From positions 1,696,001 through 1,760,000 of the forward strand of contig CAVUVW010000013.1 of assembly GCA_963745035.1 (NCBI GenBank): a stretch of 64,000 nucleotides of DNA, in the 5' to 3' direction. This document shows positions 47,831 through 57,879 of this stretch, one piece after another. Under the pieces are notes generated by a model. That model was not told the DNA's origin and did not search any database. It saw only the letters and a program-made list of their open reading frames with translations. Each line of letters opens with the position of its first letter. The first letter of the stretch is position 1. Position numbers and translations under genes: made by a program. The DNA is from an uncultured delta proteobacterium. GTDB lineage: Bacteria > Desulfobacterota > Binatia > UBA9968.

Positions 47831-48161
47831 CTATCTCGGATGCGCCGTTATCAGTCGTGGCGCTCGTGAACCTTCCGCCAAAATCCAAACCGTTCGTATT
47901 TGAGGATTACGCCCATCCGGCGTCAAAAGCGGGCCATCCACGCAATGACGAGTGCCATGGGCTGATCTGGAGAAACAGTCACGACGTGCTCTCTTCCATG
48001 TTCCTTAAGGGCACGGGCGAGGACTTCCCACTCATCCACGCTAAACCCAAACCTTGAAAAGAACTCTGCCTTGCTCCTTCCGTCAGGGTGCGAAAACGAT
48101 AGCAAATATTCAACGACCTTCTTCCTTTCGACACGAGCTTTGGCAGCATAAGGCACTTCAT
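47831..48161 (-). CDS. DUF6883 domain protein (putative toxin); apparent frameshifts near 48155 and 47965
   Basis: KVVEYLL...HPDGRSKA.FF...GF in one frame; TPDGRNP.IRTVW...PRLITAHP in another. Confidence 0.75.
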
Positions 48162-48390
48162 GAGCTCACGTTGTCGTACCTAGAAGCGTTTTGCGTATAT
48201 GCTCCGGTTACGGTCCGAACTGCGCCGCTTCGTAGACCGGCCCAAATTCTGCGCGCGCTTGTCTACATTGGGTTCAAAACGGGCCTTGTCACCACTTCTC
48301 ATCAAAAGCGGCTTTTTTCGCTCCAGTCAGGATACAACGTCTGCGGCGCCTTCGCCAAACACCCGAGACCGTTGCTGAGCAAAGCTCATT

Positions 48391-48840
48391 GAACATTTCG
48401 AGAATTCCCGAAACGTGGAAGTTTTCGTGAGTTCGCATTCGTTCATTTTGAAGTTGCTTTGGTCCGACCCGGGACTGAGCCCGTGCTAATCTTGGATTAA
48501 CGACTTGAACGGAGCGAAGCGATTGAACGACTTGAACGTTTTGAACGATTTATGTTGAACGATTGAACCATTGAACGGTTGAACGAATTCTTTTCTTACC
48601 ACGCCTCACGCCTCACGCCTCACGTCCTTCTTCCTACTGTTGCCTGTTGCCTCTCGCCTGTTGCCTATTCGACGTTTGACACCTTCTCCCGTCGGCGCTA
48701 TTTCTTTCGCAAAAGATTGAGAGTCATTACGTTTGGAACCGCGCAAGCGATGGAACCATTGGAACGATTGGAACTTGTTCTTCGGTTGTAGAACGATTTG
48801 AACGGAGCGCAGCGGTTGAACGGCTTGAACGATTTGAACC
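48391..48840 (+). repeat. Composite block: GAATTC palindrome, GGTCCGACCC, TTGAAC, TCACGCC, CTGTTGC, TTGAAC
   Basis: cacgcctcacgcctcacgcctcacgtc; ctgttgcctgttgcctctcgcctgttgcctatt; many ttgaac units. Confidence 0.85.
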
Positions 48841-48871
48841 TCGCCCTTTTTGCGCTCTACGGAGGAACCCC

Positions 48872-49444
48872 ATGTCATTGCTGACACTGCAAATGCCGGC
48901 CCTTCCCGACCCGGTCAAAGTCGTCCTCCAACCCGCGACGACGGCGTTGTTGGTGTTCGACATGATCGATCGTATCTGCAAAAGCCAGCCGAATTGCACC
49001 GGGGTCATGGTGCCGGCCCTCGCCTCGCTGCTGGCGCGGGCACGAAAAGCCGGCGTGTTCGTCCTGTACTCCACTCGGGAGCCGGAGAGCTCGAAGTGGA
49101 TGCCGGAGGTCGCTCCCGCTCCCGGCGACCCGATCGTCAAGTCGGTTGCTCAGGACAGATTCTACAACACGGATCTCGACAAAACGCTGAAGGCCAAGGG
49201 CATCACGACGCTGGTTCTTACCGGCTGGAAGGTCAGCGGCTCGGTGGTCTATACATCGATCGGAGCGACACTGCGGGGGTACACTGTGGTCGTACCCACG
49301 GATGCCAGCTTAGCCGCAACGGACTACGAAGTGGCGATCGGCCAATTCCAAATATTGAATCAGAATAGCGCGAACGCCACGAACGAACCGCTGAAGGCGA
49401 ACGCCTCAACCCTGAGCCGTACGGATATGATGGTCTTTCAGTAG
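48872..49444 (+). CDS. Isochorismatase-like hydrolase family protein
   Basis: TALLVFDM, DRFYNTDLD..LK.KGI.TLVL.G, GY.VVVP.DA motifs; GGAGG RBS. Confidence 0.8.
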   Translation: MSLLTLQMPALPDPVKVVLQPATTALLVFDMIDRICKSQPNCTGVMVPALASLLARARKAGVFVLYSTREPESSKWMPEVAPAPGDPIVKSVAQDRFYNTDLDKTLKAKGITTLVLTGWKVSGSVVYTSIGATLRGYTVVVPTDASLAATDYEVAIGQFQILNQNSANATNEPLKANASTLSRTDMMVFQ

Positions 49445-49509
49445 AAAAGGCGGGTTCGTGATATATTGTCTGCTTCGATCACATCACAATGCTTTGGTAT
49501 TCGCTTGTA

Positions 49510-49622
49510 AAACGTTTTGAACGGAGCGCAGCGGTTGAACGGTTTGAACGATTTGAACTTGCTTCAGTGTATTTCGGGTCTGACCCAGCTATATCGTTGC
49601 TTTGTGCCGGTCCGACCCGGCC
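49510..49622 (+). repeat. TTGAAC block and GGTC(C/T)GACCC tags
   Basis: ttttgaacggagcgcagcggttgaacggtttgaacgatttgaac; gggtctgaccc; ccggtccgacccgg. Confidence 0.8.
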
Positions 49623-49668
49623 CCCCTCGTCGAATTTACGATTGGCAAGCGACGGATCACGGGCATTC

Positions 49669-50166
49669 TTAGCCACCTTTTCGTCGCAATAATTCTATTT
49701 GCTTTTCAGAAGTAAACAGCTCGAAACAATTAAGACACACCCTTGCGTCTCGGTATCCTACTGGAACCGCTGCTCTCCACACATCATCCAAGACTCTGAA
49801 ATCACAATTTTGTAGCGAACCGCATGCTTTGCACGCCCTTCTTTCAGTTCCCGTTGCCGCGGACTCTGGAACGTCAATTTCACCAATTTTGTGAATGAGT
49901 TTGCCACGATGGCGTAGGAGAAGTTTGTAAGTTCTCTGACATGCGAATTGATCATCAAATAAGAGTGCGCCTAAATATTCCTCGCCCTCATGTTCGATCG
50001 TTAGATAGAGCCTATTAAGTGGTTCCATCTTGGACCGAATCACGTTCTTGAGAATGCCTATTTCACCGCCTAGCTGTTGAGATTGTTTGGCGTCCCTTCC
50101 AACCCAGGCGGGTGGCCAGTTAGACAGTCCCCGGTAAAACATCAATGAGTGATCTCGAAGCTTCAT
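49669..50166 (-). CDS. Hypothetical protein with C-terminal CxxC...CxxC motif
   Basis: MKLRDH.LM.YRGL.NWPP.W N-terminus; CKAC and CLNC; visibly AT-richer than flanks. Confidence 0.6.
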   Translation of the reverse strand: MKLRDHSLMFYRGLSNWPPAWVGRDAKQSQQLGGEIGILKNVIRSKMEPLNRLYLTIEHEGEEYLGALLFDDQFACQRTYKLLLRHRGKLIHKIGEIDVPESAATGTERRACKACGSLQNCDFRVLDDVWRAAVPVGYRDARVCLNCFELFTSEKQIELLRRKGG

Positions 50167-50271
50167 GTAACCTCTGAATCGAGATTTGAAAGTTGGCCTA
50201 GCGTCCACACGTCATCGGGAGGTCAGATTCCTCAATCTCCCATCCTCGGCCCCGGCTTTGACAAACCTCAA

Positions 50272-50739
50272 TTATTCCTTCTTCGCCTTGTAAGTGTCGA
50301 TGGCCTTCTCCAAATCGTCGTATTCCTCGCACCTACCGAAGAACGGACAGGCTTTTTTCAACGCCACAAGTTGCTTCTCAGCGCTATCGGGCTGATTCAT
50401 GTCGAGATAAAGCTCGCCGAGATACTCATGCGCGCTGCGATGATTCGAATCGATTTTGAGCGCGGCATGGTAGTGCTCCATCGATTTATCGAAGATACCG
50501 ACCTTACGGTAACTGTAGCCAAGCATGCTGTGCGCGTTAGCATTCTTTGGCTCTTCTTGAACCGCCTTCGTCAGATGACCAACGGCCGATTTGAAATCCT
50601 TCGCCTCAATCGCCTTACGTCCCGCGACGATATCCGGGTTCCCGGGTTTCGCTTTGGGCTCAGGCATATCGGCAAAGGCAAACGATTGCCAAACTGACAA
50701 TCCCACCGCCAGAGTCATGATTCGAAAGAGATTTTTCAT
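50272..50739 (-). CDS. Exported tetratricopeptide repeat protein
   Basis: Signal peptide; NANAHSMLGYSYRK, HRSAHEYLGELYL and CEEY motifs; GGAGG RBS. Confidence 0.85.
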   Translation of the reverse strand: MKNLFRIMTLAVGLSVWQSFAFADMPEPKAKPGNPDIVAGRKAIEAKDFKSAVGHLTKAVQEEPKNANAHSMLGYSYRKVGIFDKSMEHYHAALKIDSNHRSAHEYLGELYLDMNQPDSAEKQLVALKKACPFFGRCEEYDDLEKAIDTYKAKKE

Positions 50740-50883
50740 ACGGCCTCCATTTCTATTTGAACAACGGTTTGAAACGACTTCTGAACTCGTTTCAATCCTT
50801 AATCGTGGGCGCCCGGTCCGAGGGAGCGCGCCGATTAAGGCGCGCACCCTCCACGCGATTGTTACGCATGGCGCCGGAAGCGC

Positions 50884-51807
50884 CTAGCGTAAAGGTTGGG
50901 GTTCGCCGTAGATAAAGTCATCCATCATGACGATGTCTCGCTTTTCATCGTCATCCGGCCCCGGCGCGACGTCGCCGGTTGTGATCCGCACGCGCGCGAT
51001 GCGCGCGTCATCAAACACGATGCCGAAGAAGGAAAGGCTCGCATCGCCCGGCGAGGCCGGAACGAAACTGCTGAAGATCAGCCTGCCATCCGCGTCGAAG
51101 TACTCCATTAACGTGCTGGCTCCACGAGGGTTGCCGCGCCTGCCCCCACGCCCGATCCCGTTCGGCTCATCAACGTCTGTGAACACCGCGCCAAAGCCGC
51201 GGACCGTTGCCGGATCCTTCGGATTAGCGCCTGGCTGCAGAGTGGGATTGGCGCCCGGCACGAAGAAGAAAGCTTCGGTGATATTGCTATCTACCGGGGT
51301 GAACAACCGCGACGGGCTGAAGGTGCTGAAGATGGCGGCGTAGGTCGGATTGTTGAGGAGCTTCTCAAGGCCGCCCTCGGGTCCGCCCGATGCGGGAGCC
51401 TGCGAAAGGCCGATCCCTGGTGTGGTAAACTGGCTGCCGCGGCTGTTCAGGAACGCGTTGAACGGCGTTACCGGGGGGGTTGTATCCAGAACATTGGGGG
51501 GGTTGAGGCCGTCCCAGTTGATCTCGCGCCGACCGCTCCTGTCGAGCGGTGGTGGATTATTAAAATTGTTGGGATCGCCCAGAGCGTCGCGGAACGCATC
51601 GACCGTGCTCTGAATCGAGTCTGCCGTTGATCCTGCCGCCTGGAATATGATCGGCGCAACCAAGTCCTTGGATTTTTTCCCTTGCGCCTGTGCAGTCTGG
51701 CCAACGGGCACGAGCACCATGAGGGCCAGCAAGCCAACCGCGAGTACGCGATTTAGAAGTACACGCCTCTTCATGCGGAGGATTGTTATCATTTTCGAAT
51801 TTCTCAA
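50884..51807 (-). CDS. Exported hypothetical protein
   Basis: Signal peptide; FRDALG, RREINWDG, GFGAVFTDVD and VMMDDFIYGEP motifs; start uncertain. Confidence 0.7.
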   Translation of the reverse strand: MRNSKMITILRMKRRVLLNRVLAVGLLALMVLVPVGQTAQAQGKKSKDLVAPIIFQAAGSTADSIQSTVDAFRDALGDPNNFNNPPPLDRSGRREINWDGLNPPNVLDTTPPVTPFNAFLNSRGSQFTTPGIGLSQAPASGGPEGGLEKLLNNPTYAAIFSTFSPSRLFTPVDSNITEAFFFVPGANPTLQPGANPKDPATVRGFGAVFTDVDEPNGIGRGGRRGNPRGASTLMEYFDADGRLIFSSFVPASPGDASLSFFGIVFDDARIARVRITTGDVAPGPDDDEKRDIVMMDDFIYGEPQPLR

Positions 51808-52089
51808 TTTTCGTTGTAACCATGGTATTCACTTCTTCTTCCTTTCTTATTTCATGTGGACTGTTCGTGCTTTCCTATTGGACGTGAGCGAATGTTCTCG
51901 AACCTCATTCGATTCTCCGGCTCGCGATTGAATAATTTTTCTTTGGCCTACTGTAGAAGTGGTTGATAGCGAGATAAATGATAACGATCACAAGCAAAAA
52001 CGACTCGCTCATAAGAATTCCCCTATCTCCTAACGTAAATCTCGTTGTGCAAATCCATTTTCCCTGCCGCCCGACAACGGTTTCTCGTT

Positions 52090-52690
52090 TTACGTGTCCC
52101 AACAGCCATGCGAAGCAACAACGGCCGAGTCGTCAGTCTCTTCGCCCCAGTCCTTCCCGACGAGTGACAGAACCATAGAGGCGACTTTGTCCTTCCCAAG
52201 CGACTGTAAAGGCTTTTGCTACTGCAACGAGGCCAGATCGACTTTGCCTCTTCTCGGCTGCGACCATTGCGCGAAGAAGCAGGGCATTTGTAGAGGAATA
52301 AGGACCCCTTTCCCTTTCCAGCCGTTTAACCCCACAGGCGGCGGCGAGTAACCCCGCCCAATCGTCGCGCCAGACTGCGAACTTCCCCGCTTGCAGATAC
52401 AAATGTTTCGCGTCATGGAGATCACCCTTTCCCCACGCCGCATCCGCGCGTGCAAGAACGGGCTTCCAGTCTGGAATCTCCCGCCCGCTGAAATCGCACT
52501 GCGTCCATGTCAAAGCCGCCAGAACCGGAAAGACCACAAGGCTTGCCCACCGCCACGACTTTCTGCGAAGATTCTGCCTCGAGTGAGATTGCGCTATGGT
52601 GAGAGTTCCGCTTTCGGCGGGACGGTGTTGATCGCTTAAGCTCTGATCACCTGGTTCAGTTTCACCAGAAGGTGAGTAAGTCGAGTGCAT
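52090..52690 (-). CDS. Hypothetical membrane-anchored helical protein; probable frameshift near 52205
   Basis: One TM segment, TPR-like helices; alternative frame continues SLGKDKVASMVL...WDT to the stop at 52090. Confidence 0.5.
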
Positions 52691-52945
52691 GGATACGTTA
52701 TTCTCGTTCCATGTATATCCCTCTGCGTAAGCAAACGGTTCTAACGCGTGCCGGCGATATAGGCTTGCAAATCAGATCAATGAATAAATGGGGACGCAGC
52801 CTAGCGAGCGCAGGCAGAGCTTATGAGCTGGTCTAAAGCTAAGTATTAGGACGTGACTGGGAAGACGGTGAGGTGAGTTGCAAGAAGTCCAATTTTTGGG
52901 CAAGAGCACGGATGTAGCGTCAAGAACGATCGCGGTAAAAAATAT

Positions 52946-54190
52946 CTACGAACAGGACCGACCCAAAACTCGCCGCAGCGCCTCACAAGCATCCACATGA
53001 CGGAGTGACACCGTTTCTGGATCGTTTCCATTGACGGGGTGGCCGCTGTCGACGAGTAGGTCCTTCACCTCCCGCGGCGACAATTGTGGATTTCCTTCGA
53101 GCAGTAAAGCAACAATTCCGGAAACATGAGCCGTGGCAAAGGAACTGCCGGAGAGAAAATCGTAGGCTCCAGTGGGCACTGTCGTCAGGATCTCGACGCC
53201 TGGCGCGGCCAGTGGCGTTGGATGTTTGCCCACGCGCGCACGCACGCGACCCTGTGCGTCACTGGCGATCACAGCGATGACTGTCGATAAGCTGGCGGGA
53301 AAGCTAAGCGCTGGATCTCCATGTTCCATCACGGCAGCGACTACTGTGATGCTTTGTTCGCTTATGGCTTTTACGATCAGCCGCCTAAGAAGGGGATCAG
53401 GAGGTCCGGATAAGCTGAGGTTTAGAACCCGAACCCGCTCAACGATAGCAGAGTCGATCGCCTTGGCGAGGGTCCAGCTACTACACCACGCCTCCGAGGT
53501 TCCGGGCCGACGATGCCAGCACGCTTTTACAGCCAAAAGGTCAGCATCAGGAGCGATTCCGTAGATTCCCATCCCATTGTCAGCCCGCGCCCCGATCACG
53601 CCAGCAACAGCAGTGCCGTGATGATCGGACGTAAACGTCTTTTCGCCTCCCTCGACAAAGTTAATCGTCTTGACAACTCGATCCCTGAGGTCGGGATGGT
53701 TTGTATCCACCCCAGTATCGACAACAGCTACGCGCACACCTCGACCTGTTACCCAGGCGTGAGCTCGGTCAGCGCGGACCGCGCGCGGCCCATATTGAAG
53801 AGACGCGTATGGATCTCCAGCGAGCGCTCCGAGACCCTGGAAAAATTGGTTCTGCTGAACTGATTCCACGCGAGAGTCAACCGTTAACTGCGCCAGCACA
53901 TCATCGAGCGGACGATTTTCGCTTACCTGAAAAACAACGCATTGCACGCCGAGCGAGGTAAGCGGAAAAGCGCCGACCTGATCCAGGCCATACTCACCTG
54001 AAAGCTCTTTGGCGAGGGTTGCCCACACCTCTGGTGTGGCCGGAGCAAGGGTGACAATCAGCTGCCGAGCCTGTAGCTGCCTGGGAAGTGCCTCAGCCTC
54101 TTCACCCATTCCTTTCTGTAAAGCGAGACCGCTACACCCGGCAGTCAACAGCGCCAGTCCAGCAACAAGAGGCAATATTCGTATCATCAC
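52946..54190 (-). CDS. S8 family (subtilisin-like) serine peptidase, lipoprotein
   Basis: Lipobox TAGC; catalytic VVDTG, HGTAVAG and SGSSFA. Confidence 0.92.
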   Translation of the reverse strand: MMIRILPLVAGLALLTAGCSGLALQKGMGEEAEALPRQLQARQLIVTLAPATPEVWATLAKELSGEYGLDQVGAFPLTSLGVQCVVFQVSENRPLDDVLAQLTVDSRVESVQQNQFFQGLGALAGDPYASLQYGPRAVRADRAHAWVTGRGVRVAVVDTGVDTNHPDLRDRVVKTINFVEGGEKTFTSDHHGTAVAGVIGARADNGMGIYGIAPDADLLAVKACWHRRPGTSEAWCSSWTLAKAIDSAIVERVRVLNLSLSGPPDPLLRRLIVKAISEQSITVVAAVMEHGDPALSFPASLSTVIAVIASDAQGRVRARVGKHPTPLAAPGVEILTTVPTGAYDFLSGSSFATAHVSGIVALLLEGNPQLSPREVKDLLVDSGHPVNGNDPETVSLRHVDACEALRRVLGRSCS

Positions 54191-54916
54191 GGCTGTTTCG
54201 CTTCCGCTAAACGCACTTTCGGATGTGACCGCAACAACGCAAGTCGCTCCTGAGTTTGCGCAGGTGCTTCGCGATCGTCAGCGGCTAAAGCTACAGTGTA
54301 GACGGCCATCGGGGACGGGCCTGCCACAATCGTGGCTCGAATGCTGCTGAGCAATGTCCTGATTTCCCGCTCAGTGATATCGTCGGCAAAAACCACTTGA
54401 AGGTGCACTCGACCCGGCTCCGGGCCGCTCCCCGCGTCCGACAGTGTCTGATAGAGGAATGAAGGAGCGACCGAAGCCTGCCATATCGTAGCCGCGGCAA
54501 GCAGGACGATCGTCGCAGTCTGCGCGGCCAGTGCCCAACGAAATAAAGACGGTGTCTCCTGAAAAACAAGCCGGATTTTTTCGATCCACTCGCGAACACG
54601 AATCCGCCAGCGCTCCGGGGCGGCCGACGCGCTCGGCACGGTCGATGCGCTCCATTAAGCGCGCAAGATGCTCCGGTGAGGCCGTCCTCGCAGCCTCTTC
54701 GGAGCTGCGGACTGCGGTGGCGATGGACTGGCATCGCACGACCTCGTCCGCGCAGCTCTGACATCTCAGAATGTGGCGAGCGACAAATTCGTGTTCGTGA
54801 CCTTCCAAAGTACCGTTTACGTACCAGGGCAGGATCTCCCACACTTTTTGGTGGTCGTTCCCATCGGATGGATCACTCGGGTCTCGCATATCGTTTAGAT
54901 TCCTTCTTCTGATCAT
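54187..54916 (-). CDS. Zinc-finger (zf-HC2) anti-sigma factor; frameshift near 54635
   Basis: LPWYVNGTL, H...C..C (HILRCQSC); TM helix and YQTLS periplasmic domain in the next frame. Confidence 0.85.
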
Positions 54917-55491
54917 GATCCTTTCGACTCAGCGGCGAACAGTGTAGCCAGCCGTCGGCGGGCATGGAACATTCGCGTCTTGACCGTGTTCACAGGGCAC
55001 CCGACAATCTTCGCGATCTCCGCGTAGGACAGGTCGTGATAGAAGGTTAGCTCCACAACCACCCCTTGCTCAGGAGGCAGGCTGTCAATTGCCCGCGCCA
55101 CAGCGCTCGCCAACTCACGGTGGGCCCAGGCATCCTCAGGACCACTGGACTCGACTCCGGAGGGCTCCGCCTGCCGGAGCTCTGTATCGAACTGAGCAGA
55201 CCGTGCCCGCGCCTTCAGCGCCTTGTAGTGAGCAATGCCCAGGATCCAGGTTGAGAGGCGCGAGGTTCCATTAAAGCGCGACGCGGTCTGCCACACCACC
55301 ATCATCACGTCGTTCAGCGCTTCCTCAGCGATTTCTCGCTGGCGGATTAATTTCCACAAGTAGCGGTAGACCACGGGTGAATAGCGGTGATAGAGGGTCT
55401 CGAACGCTTGGCGGTCTCGTTCGACCACGCGCCGCATAAGGTTCAGCTCGTCCTCTAAGGCGGAGGGTTGCATGGGAGCCTTTCCAGGCAT
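54913..55491 (-). CDS. ECF RNA polymerase sigma factor
   Basis: AFETLY.RY, AEE.LNDVM..VW, LSTWI.GIA, LSYAEIA and PVNTVKTRMFHAR motifs; start uncertain. Confidence 0.92.
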   Translation of the reverse strand: MPGKAPMQPSALEDELNLMRRVVERDRQAFETLYHRYSPVVYRYLWKLIRQREIAEEALNDVMMVVWQTASRFNGTSRLSTWILGIAHYKALKARARSAQFDTELRQAEPSGVESSGPEDAWAHRELASAVARAIDSLPPEQGVVVELTFYHDLSYAEIAKIVGCPVNTVKTRMFHARRRLATLFAAESKGS

Positions 55492-55740
55492 GAGTTGGCC
55501 CACGGTGGGGCCATTCGCTCCCGCATGCACAGCGCCCCTCAATGTAGGGTAAACGTATTGCCCCAGCAAGTAAAAACCTCGTAGATGGGGCGTTATCTCA
55601 TCCAATGCGATGGATATAACTCTGCCCTCCTACTCCCCCTCCGTCAGTTTCGATGTCTACACGTATATCCCTGAAACCGACGCCTAGGTTCTCTATCGAC
55701 AGTGTTTTAATGAAACAGCTGTCCACTTATTTGTGGAGCC

Positions 55741-56035
55741 AAGAGGGCGGGTCTCAATCCGCCCCTACAAATCCCTATTTTTTTGCGACCTTTGCGTTCT
55801 TTGCGGTCAACCCTCCGCATCCGAATCTTCTATCTATATGATCCTTGTGCCCTCCTTCAAAAAATAGGATTAGAGAAAGATCTCTCACTTCGTTCGAGAT
55901 GACAGCATTGCCATTCCGAGCGGACGCGAGGAATCTTTCCCAGGCATTTTCATTATCCGTGGGCGAGCGTAAACTCATGTCACACTTTGTGGTCAAATCT
56001 CTTATCCGCTTTGGTTGCGGCTTTGCCGCGCTAAG
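55741..56035. repeat. Nested cluster of REP-like palindromes and 9-mer repeats
   Basis: agggcgggtctcaatccgcccctac (GTAG-type on - strand); tttgcgacctttgcgttctttgcggt; agatctctcacttcgttcgagatgaca / gccattccgagcggacgcgaggaatct; tttggttgcggctttgccgcgct. Confidence 0.65.
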
Positions 56036-56112
56036 TCCTTAGAGCCTCAACTTTGCCGGTGAATTTGCCAGCGTAAGCTTCAGCAGGCTCGCGCAGTGCG
56101 TAGGTTTCGTCT
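56036..56112 (-). pseudogene. Y1 transposase 3' remnant
   Basis: TYALREPAEAYAGKFTGKVEALR on the - strand. Confidence 0.6.
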
Positions 56113-56156
56113 GTTTCTAGCACTTCGCGATGCATCGCTTTGATTCCAAGCTCATT

Positions 56157-56362
56157 TCGATGTTTCGAGAATTCCCTAAACGTGGAAGTCCCCACCTCCG
56201 CATTGTATTTGCCGTTAACGATTTGAACGGAGCAAAGCGATTGAACGATTTGAACTGAGTGAAATGGTTGAACGAGTTCTCTCTACTGTTGCCTGTTGCC
56301 TCGTGCCTCACGCCTATTCGTCAACGACTTGAACTGAGTGAAACGGCTGAACGATTGGAACT
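56157..56362 (+). repeat. GAATTC palindrome, TTGAAC and CTGTTGC blocks
   Basis: 56284-56321 is identical to 58568-58605. Confidence 0.85.
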
Positions 56363-56448
56363 CTTACCTCCGGACTGTTGAGCACTTGACGAATTTCGCT
56401 CTCCGGGGATACATACGTGCATAGGAACAACTCAATGGAGGAACTCAC

Positions 56449-56856
56449 ATGGAGACCAAGGCGAAGCCCGTTCCGAAAACTGCGGTGCAGGTGGTCAACA
56501 CCAACTGGCAGCCCGGTGAGCGCAATGTCAAACGGCTCGCGCGCAGCGAGCTGCTCAATATCCTGCTGCACCACTGGGATACGGGCGGTGAGGTGGCGCT
56601 ACACCATCACACCGACGGCGATGCTACGTGGGTCGTCGTCGGGGGCGAAGTGACGTTCTATGGCGAAGACGACCAGGTCATCGCCAAAGCAGGGCCGCGA
56701 GAAGCTGTCCTGATTCCGCGCAATACGATGTACTGGTTCACCAATTCGGGAACCGCCCCGCTCGAGATGTTCCGCATCTCGGCGAAAGTCGGCGGCATCA
56801 GCGAAGGGGACGATCGCATCTACCACCAGCGAGTAACTGACGTGACCCAGCCATAA
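56449..56856 (+). CDS. Cupin domain protein
   Basis: GGEVALHHH...DA.W.V.GGE..F, IPRNTMYWF.N.G motifs; GGAGG RBS. Confidence 0.8.
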   Translation: METKAKPVPKTAVQVVNTNWQPGERNVKRLARSELLNILLHHWDTGGEVALHHHTDGDATWVVVGGEVTFYGEDDQVIAKAGPREAVLIPRNTMYWFTNSGTAPLEMFRISAKVGGISEGDDRIYHQRVTDVTQP

Positions 56857-57052
56857 TCTGGCTGCAGTATTGCTGGGCGATCGGCGCGCGCTTGTTCGAT
56901 GGCGACAATCACTCGCAATGTGACAACGTCTGCAGCAGGACTTCCCCTAACTCCTCATTCGAGAAACTTGCCGCCACCCGCACCGGCTCCTTTCTGAACG
57001 GTTGGAAGCCCGCTTCATCTCCTCGGGAGCCGCCGTTTCGCAGACGGGTGAA

Positions 57053-57207
57053 CGAAACAGAGTGAACGCGGCTTTAAACGATTTGAACGGAGCGCGGCGG
57101 TTGAACGGCTGGAACGTTTTGAACGAGCTCTTTCTGCTCACCCCTCACGACTCACTCCTCACTTCTTCTTCTTACTGTTGCCTGTTGCCTCGCGCCTGTT
57201 GCCTATT
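57053..57207 (+). repeat. TTGAAC, TCACnCC and CTGTTGC block
   Basis: ttgaacggagcgcggcggttgaac; ctcacccctcacgactcactcctcac; tcttactgttgcctgttgcct. Confidence 0.85.
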
Positions 57208-57222
57208 AGTTATCATTTGGCC

Positions 57223-57516
57223 TTAGCGCTCCGCGGGGGGTTCGCTCCTGTGCTGTCTTTCTGGTGGTTTCACAACAATGGTCTTTCGCTGCTCCTCTGT
57301 TAATTGGTCCGCCCTGACGAACCCAAGTGCTTCGTACTGGCGAACACAACTACTTACCTGATTGCTGACCATGATGGCCGACGTAATACCGCGCGCCATG
57401 CCGGAACACTCAACGGTTGTACCATTTTTGAGATTCACGAGTAGAACAAATGGCGAGGCACACCCAGCGAACAAAAAAGCTGCAGCAATTACGAAAGAAA
57501 ATCTACTCGTCCTCAT
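57223..57516 (-). CDS. Small lipoprotein
   Basis: Lipobox FAGC; ECSG...CVRQYEALGF. Confidence 0.65.
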   Translation of the reverse strand: MRTSRFSFVIAAAFLFAGCASPFVLLVNLKNGTTVECSGMARGITSAIMVSNQVSSCVRQYEALGFVRADQLTEEQRKTIVVKPPERQHRSEPPAER

Positions 57517-57879
57517 GTATGCTTAATTAACTGATTGGTTGAAGGATTGTATTGCCGCGCTAAAACAGGTCAAGGGGAAAGTTGGCTGCGTTACCGTGTT
57601 AGATGAAAGAACGCCCCTGAGCGGTTTCTGGCGTGCGTTGCCGCGGCCCGTCAGATGATAAATCACACCGGGAAAATTCTAATCGTAGGGGACGCACCAT
57701 TGCACCGCCTTCTTTTATCGGATTGTCGGACGAAATGTGTTATTGCAAGACTTGACCCGCTACTTTTCTTCTCGCTTCGCGGCCGGCCGGCTTGAACGGC
57801 TTGAATTCTCGGCACGGAGTGCTTCTCGCACTCTGCCTGACCGTTTTTCAATGAAAAAGTAGCCTCTCCCCTTTTCTCT

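Noticed and set aside
6890-54916. Frameshifts near 7110, 12350, 15912, 19090, 21642, 47965, 48155, 52205 and 54635 as programmed frameshifting or true pseudogenes
   Set aside because: They are single-base indels, mostly in 2-3 nt runs, in unrelated and otherwise intact genes with no slippery heptamers. Long-read consensus error is more likely; read pileups are needed.
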